A DNA stretch of 64,000 bases from NCBI RefSeq assembly GCF_900205865.1, contig NZ_LT906662.1:1623411-1687410 (forward strand), given 5' to 3'. The position numbers were made by a program, and so were the translations under genes. The stretch comes from Thermoanaerobacterium sp. RBIITD. GTDB taxonomy: Bacteria > Bacillota > Thermoanaerobacteria > Thermoanaerobacterales > Thermoanaerobacteraceae. Of the stretch, positions 58,484-64,000 are shown piece by piece (within the stretch, counting starts at the first letter, position 1; the number at the start of each line of letters is the position of its first letter). Below the pieces are notes generated by a model. That model was given only the letters and a program-made list of their open reading frames with translations. It searched no databases and had not been told where the DNA came from.

Positions 58484-58728
58484 ATGTTACAAGATTGTAA
58501 TAGAAAATTAAGGAATAATTAATAAAATTTATAATTTTTAATTTTATAATAGAGGTGAGGTATGGGAGGTTAAGAGCATAATATGCAAAATGATAAAAAT
58601 AATTTTTATGATGTGGAATATTTTTAGAATAATTTAGCTTTTATATAAGTAGAAGGGGCAATACAGAAGATGGAGGTGAAAAAAGATTATGAAATATTCC
58701 CCAAAAATATTAAGGAGGGAGATCTTTT
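58484..58728 (+). repeat. leader module copy D (part 1 joined to part 2, no sigma cassette)
   Basis: Part 1 is identical to copy B up to GGGAGGTTAAGAG and is then joined directly to CATAATATGCAAAATGATAAAAAT... The uORF MEVKKDYEIFPKNIKEGDLL lies at 58670..58732 and overlaps the ATG of 58729. Confidence 0.7.
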
Positions 58729-59997
58729 ATGAAACATCTAATAAGATTAACAGCAGTACTGCTTATAACAACATTTTTAATAGGTATAGTGATTACAGGA
58801 TTTACTTCAATACCGAAAGCAAGCGCAAAAGAATCGGTTAGTCTGAGCAATATAACAAATTTTGATGACCCTATTGCAGTAATTAAAGGGATGATTCAAG
58901 CAATTAACGATCAGGATCCTTATGAGTATATGAACTATTTTACCGATTCTAATCGCACAGCCATGACACAATTTCTTTCAACTAATAAGTCAGAATCATT
59001 CTTTAAAGAGAAAGAGGCTAAGTTGATTCAAATTAAAGAGCTTCCAAAGGAAGTAGGTGTAGTAGCTGCAGGTATTTCATCTGGAGAAAACTTAAATTTG
59101 GATGATACACGTGTTTTTTATGCCGAAATTAACTTTAAAGTGGATAGAGAAGATAAATGGCTATATAATGGTACAAACCATCGTGTTATTGTTGTCACAA
59201 AAGAAGATGGAAGCTGGAAAATAGTAAGGCTATCAGTCCCATCTATAGAATACTTAAAAGATACTGGCAATGGATTTAATTCAGATGACGAAAATATTGC
59301 TGCTAAAATCGAAAGTACTCTTGATAAAAAAGGACAAATAATGAATATGAAAGGTGCGGTTATTGATAATATTGCTGCAAGTGAAAAACAGCTAAAAGAT
59401 GAGAAATTAAATCCTAGAGCTATTGAACCTGAAATAGGCATAGATAGCACAGCAGTTGATGAACATACGAGGCCTTCTAATATCAGGGTTTACATGACAA
59501 ACTCAGTAAATATAAATCATTATGGTTCCGGAACTCACCTTGTTGATTTTGGAGATTATGTGTATAATGTACTGCCAAATGAATGGGGCGACTGGTACAA
59601 TACGGCTAAAACAGCAGTTCAAGCAGGAGCTATAGCTGTAAAAATGTATGGTTGGTACCATGTGTATCATCCAAAATGGAATTTTAGCCCTTACTATGCT
59701 GACGTACAAGATAATATAAATGACCAAGTATATAAATACAATTCAGCGACAACTAATTTTAATAGTGCAGTTAATGATGTTGGAGGGATTGGTGTCGATA
59801 TACTCAGTGGATCGGCTTATGTTCTATTTGAAGTGCATTACGTAGCAGGAACTGAAGGACCAGGCGGGCAATATAGTGGTACGATGTGGCAATATGGAAC
59901 GTTATATTGGGCAAAACAAGGTAAAGGCTATACTTACATGTGCCATTATTATTGGGACAGATCGTCAACTCAGCCAATACATTTCTTTTACTATTAG
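58729..59997 (+). CDS. lipoprotein with C-terminal SpoIID/LytB-like domain (tentative)
   Basis: Lipobox/signal ITGFTSIPKASA. The C-terminal VLPNEWGDWYNTAKTAVQAGAIAVKMYGWY resembles the SpoIID ...ALKAQAVAARTYA region. Confidence 0.45.
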   Translation: MKHLIRLTAVLLITTFLIGIVITGFTSIPKASAKESVSLSNITNFDDPIAVIKGMIQAINDQDPYEYMNYFTDSNRTAMTQFLSTNKSESFFKEKEAKLIQIKELPKEVGVVAAGISSGENLNLDDTRVFYAEINFKVDREDKWLYNGTNHRVIVVTKEDGSWKIVRLSVPSIEYLKDTGNGFNSDDENIAAKIESTLDKKGQIMNMKGAVIDNIAASEKQLKDEKLNPRAIEPEIGIDSTAVDEHTRPSNIRVYMTNSVNINHYGSGTHLVDFGDYVYNVLPNEWGDWYNTAKTAVQAGAIAVKMYGWYHVYHPKWNFSPYYADVQDNINDQVYKYNSATTNFNSAVNDVGGIGVDILSGSAYVLFEVHYVAGTEGPGGQYSGTMWQYGTLYWAKQGKGYTYMCHYYWDRSSTQPIHFFYY

Positions 59998-60066
59998 AGA
60001 TTATTTAATTGAGTAGGAATAATTTATATTTTCCTACTCAATTTTAAAGTTTAGGAGGTATTGTCA

Positions 60067-61131
60067 ATGCGAATAAAAAAATTAACGATATTGGTTTTAT
60101 TTTTACTTTTACTTTTTTTATATGGATGCCGGTATCATATTTTTGATAAAAATCAAGTCAAAGTAATCAAATATTCTGTTCCGAATTTCGGATATTTCTG
60201 TCCGATTTTTTTTCAAGGGAAAGAGGTTGTAGCACAGCAAGGACAAGATACACCAAGGGATTTAACAAATATGACTTTGTATTCTAGTAAAGATTTTAAG
60301 AAATACAATAAAATAGCTTTATTTGAAGGTCATTTTGGACAATTTTATGTTTCACCGTATAATTCAAAAGAAATATTTTTTATGTCTACTGAAGGGAAAG
60401 AAGGCACAGAGCAAATTGTTTTCAAAAGCAACGATGGCGGAAAAAGTTGGGGGCAAGTTTATTATAATTCAGATGATAGTATGATGCTAGCTGATATGAC
60501 ATTTAGTCCTTCCAATAGAAACGAAATATTTTTAGTTAAAAATGATAAAGAACATGGCATTGAAATAATAGAAAGCCATGATTCAGGGATTCATTGGAGC
60601 AAAGCAAATTCTACAAAAGAGATTATTATGTCTACTCATCTTGTGATTGATCCTAATAATTCTAAGCATTTTTTAGTTTCTGCTTCAAATGGTCTTTGGG
60701 AGAGCATTGATGGAGGTGTTTCGTGGAAACAAATAACTACCTCAGAGTCTTTGACAGCTATTTTTGCTCTTTCCAAAAATGATAATGTGTACTTCACAAC
60801 TATGGAATCCATTAATGAAGGATGTATATATGAATTAAATAATGGAAAAATAAAAAAGATTAGCATCCCAAACATGGGAGAGTTAATTTACAACGTTGGA
60901 ATTGCTTATCAAAGCAGTACAGGAAAAGTTTATGTTATAGTAATACGGCAAAATGAAAGCAATTCTATGTATGATACTACTTTATATTACATTAAAAATG
61001 ATTCTTTTAACAAAGTAACTAATATTAAGAGTAAATATAGTACTCTTCCAAATCTGATTTTTGATGCTACAAACTCGAACGTTATATATTTTTACAGCTA
61101 TAAAAATATATACAAAGTTGTCTTATCTTGA
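60067..61131 (+). CDS. lipoprotein with BNR/Asp-box repeats (Ycf48/sialidase-like beta-propeller)
   Basis: Lipobox LFLYGCRY, with BNR-like motifs SNDGGKSW, SHDSGIHW and SIDGGVSW. An RBS (GGAGGT) lies 8 nt before the ATG. Confidence 0.55.
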   Translation: MRIKKLTILVLFLLLLFLYGCRYHIFDKNQVKVIKYSVPNFGYFCPIFFQGKEVVAQQGQDTPRDLTNMTLYSSKDFKKYNKIALFEGHFGQFYVSPYNSKEIFFMSTEGKEGTEQIVFKSNDGGKSWGQVYYNSDDSMMLADMTFSPSNRNEIFLVKNDKEHGIEIIESHDSGIHWSKANSTKEIIMSTHLVIDPNNSKHFLVSASNGLWESIDGGVSWKQITTSESLTAIFALSKNDNVYFTTMESINEGCIYELNNGKIKKISIPNMGELIYNVGIAYQSSTGKVYVIVIRQNESNSMYDTTLYYIKNDSFNKVTNIKSKYSTLPNLIFDATNSNVIYFYSYKNIYKVVLS

Positions 61132-61173
61132 TCCGGATTAAGAAGGCTGAATTTATTTCAGTCTTTTTTACTG

Positions 61174-61674
61174 CTATTTTCTCCGGCTTCTTATGACTAA
61201 AGCAAGGCCCAATAAGATTATCATTATTGAGATTATCAAGTTTGGATTAAGCCATGCGATGGAGAATTGGTTGTACAAAATTGATACATAGCTTAATATT
61301 ACAGCAGCCGTTATGACCATGACTAAGCCCATTAGCACAAAATCTCTGCTTATGATGTAAAGCTGAAAAAGACCTATTGCAACAGATAGAATGTATAAAG
61401 GCCATGTGTATTCAGAGTAAATCCAGTTTGTAAAGATATCAAAGTAAAAAATTATGCCCATTGATGTAAGTATTCCGCCTGGAACTAATATTTCGGGATT
61501 TTTTCTTTGCTTTAAGTAGCTTACTTCCATCATGATCCCTGGTATCAATATAAAAAGAGGCCATACATTAGACATATCTAATGTTATTCCATATCTCGAT
61601 AAAAAGCCAAGGTTGTCATTAAGATATATAAGCCCAAGCAATATAAGTACAATTCCGATTATTTTCTTTCCCAT
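61174..61674 (-). CDS. integral membrane protein (hypothetical, 5 TM)
   Basis: Hydrophobic 166-aa ORF preceded by an RBS (CAGGAGGTTT). Confidence 0.5.
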   Translation of the reverse strand: MGKKIIGIVLILLGLIYLNDNLGFLSRYGITLDMSNVWPLFILIPGIMMEVSYLKQRKNPEILVPGGILTSMGIIFYFDIFTNWIYSEYTWPLYILSVAIGLFQLYIISRDFVLMGLVMVITAAVILSYVSILYNQFSIAWLNPNLIISIMIILLGLALVIRSRRK

Positions 61675-61910
61675 GATTAAACCTCCTGAAAAGTTTTAGA
61701 CTTCATTTATATTTTACTATAACTGAACGGAAATTTAACTACATTTTTATGAAAAATACTTGCAAAAATTTTAGAAGATGATATAATAATAAAAACAGTG
61801 AATAAATATAATAAAATACTAATTATGCATATTGCTCATTATTTTTTTAATATTTAATGCATAAATATTAATAGAAATTAATATATATAAAACATTGGAG
61901 GCGGATCTCA

Positions 61911-62945
61911 ATGGTGAGAGTCGGCATACTTGGGGCAACCGGCTATACTGGTGCAGAGCTTATAAGGATCTTATCTAATCATGAAGATGTTCAGATAAAA
62001 TATTTATCATCTCAAAATTTTAATGGTAAAAAGATTGAAGATGTATATCCTTCATTAAAAGGGTTTTGCAGCGAGAAGCTTCAGGAATATGACACTGATA
62101 AAATTATTGAGAATTGTGATGTGGTATTTACAGCACTTCCATCGGGGTATGCAGTAAATATAGCTGAAAAATTATGCAAAAATGGAGTAAAGCTTATTGA
62201 CCTCGGCGCAGATTTTAGGTTTGATAATTTTGAAACATACAGAGATTGGTATGGAAGCGATAAAAATGGATATGGCGATATTAAAAGGGCGTATGGGCTT
62301 CCGGAACTTCATAGACAAGAGATTAAGGATGCTTTAGCGGTAGGAAATCCCGGATGTTATCCTACTTCTGCAATACTTGGTCTGTCACCTGCTTTAAAAA
62401 GCAGAATAATAGAAAATTTTATCATAATCGATTCTAAATCTGGAGTGTCCGGTGCCGGCCACAGCCCAAAACAGGGCAATATGTATGCAGAATGCAATGA
62501 CAATATAAAGCCTTACAATGTTGCTAAGCACAGACACATACCCGAGATAGAGCAAGAGCTTTCACATGTGAATCGCAAAGAGACAAAAGTTGTTTTCACA
62601 CCTCATTTAACGCCAATGACTAGAGGAATATTAAGCACCATGTACTGCAGGTTAATAAAAGAAATTTCAGCAGAAGATATATATGAGATATATAATGAAT
62701 TCTACAAAGATGAGTATTTTGTAAAAATATTAGATATCGGTGAATATCCATCAACAAAAAATGTATACGGCTCAAATTTTTGCCACATAGGATTTGAAAT
62801 TGATAAACATTCAAAAACACTGATAATCATGTCAGCAATAGACAATTTAGTAAAAGGTGCATCAGGGCAAGCTGTACAAAATATGAATATAATGTTTGGA
62901 ATTGAAGAGACAAGGGGACTTAATATGATACCAATTTTTCCTTAG
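61911..62945 (+). CDS. argC: N-acetyl-gamma-glutamyl-phosphate reductase
   Basis: N-terminus [14 protein letters not shown] and the active-site region GNPGCYPTS. Confidence 0.9.
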   Translation: MVRVGILGATGYTGAELIRILSNHEDVQIKYLSSQNFNGKKIEDVYPSLKGFCSEKLQEYDTDKIIENCDVVFTALPSGYAVNIAEKLCKNGVKLIDLGADFRFDNFETYRDWYGSDKNGYGDIKRAYGLPELHRQEIKDALAVGNPGCYPTSAILGLSPALKSRIIENFIIIDSKSGVSGAGHSPKQGNMYAECNDNIKPYNVAKHRHIPEIEQELSHVNRKETKVVFTPHLTPMTRGILSTMYCRLIKEISAEDIYEIYNEFYKDEYFVKILDIGEYPSTKNVYGSNFCHIGFEIDKHSKTLIIMSAIDNLVKGASGQAVQNMNIMFGIEETRGLNMIPIFP

Positions 62946-63018
62946 AAATATGTTTTAAAGTGTTATTCTGAAAGAAGATAGAGATAAAATGCTTACTAAA
63001 ATTGAGGAGGACTTGATA

Positions 63019-64000
63019 ATGGGAGATTTTGAGGTTATAGAAGGCAATGTCACATCACCTAAGGGATTTTTAGCTTCAGGTGTTTTTGCCGGCATAAAAA
63101 AAGCTAAAAAAGATTTTGCTTTGATATATTCAGAAAAAAAAGCAAATGTAGCAGCGTCATTTACGACAAACAAAGTGAAAGCTGCACCTGTGTTATTAGA
63201 CATGGAGAAAATAAAAAATGGTGAAGCACAAGCCATAGTCATAAACAGCGGCAATGCCAATGCTTGCACTGGGAAAAGAGGCTACGAAGATGCGTGTGCT
63301 ACGGCTGATACAGCAGCCAAGCACCTAAATATAGACAGTGATGATGTGCTTGTCTGTTCAACAGGTGTTATAGGTGTAACACTTCCAATGGATAAAGTTG
63401 CTAAGGGAATAGAGTTGGCGGTTCAAAGCTTATCAAGAGATGGCGGCAAAGAAGCTGCAAAAGCAATTCTTACTACAGATACATTTTCAAAAGAAGTAGC
63501 CGTAAAATTCGCTATAAAAGGTGTGGAAGTTACGATAGGCGGCATTGCTAAAGGTTCTGGAATGATATCGCCAAATATGGCGACTATGCTGTCTTTTATT
63601 ACTACAGATGCCAATATAACAAAAAATGCTTTAAATAGAGCTTTAAAGGATACTGTAAAGAGATCTTACAACATGATATCTGTCGATGGAGACATGAGCA
63701 CAAATGATACGGTGATAATACTAGCAAATGGCGAGGCCGGCAATCCTGTTATAGAAGATGGCACAGATGATTATGAAATTTTCTATAAAGCGCTTGAATA
63801 TGTGAATAAGAATTTAGCAAAGCAGATAGCAAAAGATGGAGAGGGCGCTACAAAGTTCATGGAGGTAAATGTTCTTCATGCATTAACAGAAGATGATGCG
63901 ATAATTGCGGCAAAGGCTACTGTAAACTCAAGTCTCGTAAAGACTGCAATTTTTGGTGAGGATGCCAATTGGGGAAGGATTATTGCCGCTGTTGGATATT
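63019..64000 (+). CDS. argJ: bifunctional ornithine acetyltransferase / N-acetylglutamate synthase ArgJ (3' end beyond the window)
   Basis: An RBS (GAGGAGG) precedes MGDFEVIEGNVTSPKGF..., and the autoproteolytic ATML site (PNMATMLSFITTDA) is present. The frame is open to the window end. Confidence 0.85.
   Translation, partial: MGDFEVIEGNVTSPKGFLASGVFAGIKKAKKDFALIYSEKKANVAASFTTNKVKAAPVLLDMEKIKNGEAQAIVINSGNANACTGKRGYEDACATADTAAKHLNIDSDDVLVCSTGVIGVTLPMDKVAKGIELAVQSLSRDGGKEAAKAILTTDTFSKEVAVKFAIKGVEVTIGGIAKGSGMISPNMATMLSFITTDANITKNALNRALKDTVKRSYNMISVDGDMSTNDTVIILANGEAGNPVIEDGTDDYEIFYKALEYVNKNLAKQIAKDGEGATKFMEVNVLHALTEDDAIIAAKATVNSSLVKTAIFGEDANWGRIIAAVGY

Noticed and set aside
62955-63614. Minus-strand ORFs of 104 and 63 aa
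   Set aside because: They are antisense to the well-supported argJ gene, Ala-rich and lack an RBS.

Overview
This is a low-GC Firmicutes (Clostridia-like) spore-former segment. The taxon call rests on sleB, ypeB and an alpha/beta-type SASP gene plus AT-rich codon usage; a Thermoanaerobacter-like thermophile is only a guess. From 1 to 45.8 kb the window is mostly ordinary chromosomal genes. They include the sleB-ypeB-SASP spore genes, ddl, argS, a MutS-domain ATPase, and an MBL-fold hydrolase. Next come a YvfRSTU-like module (ABC ATPase, two ABC-2 permeases, a HisKA_3 kinase and a NarL/LuxR regulator), a MacB/FtsX-type ABC pair and a YtrA-like GntR/ABC operon. An ArsR, ArsP-like (DUF318) permease and thioredoxin-like trio follows. 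A MerR/AdhR-like redox cluster (cupin, Isf flavoprotein, flavodoxin, Fe-ADH) sits next to decayed IS and amidoligase remnants. The rest of this part holds PolX, flotillin, threonine aldolase, an AKR-FeS oxidoreductase, ogt, a TPP riboswitch with thiT, MGDG-synthase-like and PAP2 lipid genes, a NatAB-like ABC pair and a SWIM-SNF2 helicase.

The unusual part is 45.8 to 61.2 kb. A conserved bipartite leader of about 250 bp occurs five times, each copy upstream of a different exported or lipoprotein gene. Each copy has a terminator, then a TTACAAGATTGTAA palindrome, an AT-rich promoter-like segment and a GGGAGG RBS. One copy then carries a two-gene cassette; all copies continue with a part-2 stretch carrying a GGAAT motif and a short conserved uORF, then the gene itself. 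The exported genes encode C39-like papain-fold peptidases, an Amidase_6-like hydrolase, a SpoIID-like domain protein, and BNR-repeat and beta-propeller-like lipoproteins. The one cassette-bearing copy holds an ECF-type sigma factor split into two adjacent ORFs in swapped order: regions 2.3 to 4.2 come first and regions 2.1 to 2.2 second. The island also contains an intact IS1182-family element inserted into one leader, segmental duplications, a chimeric recombination junction, and several decayed paralogs.

Elsewhere, a set of tandem imperfect hairpin repeats at 8.9 to 9.3 kb looks like a candidate structured RNA or protein-binding array. The window ends with argC and the start of argJ.
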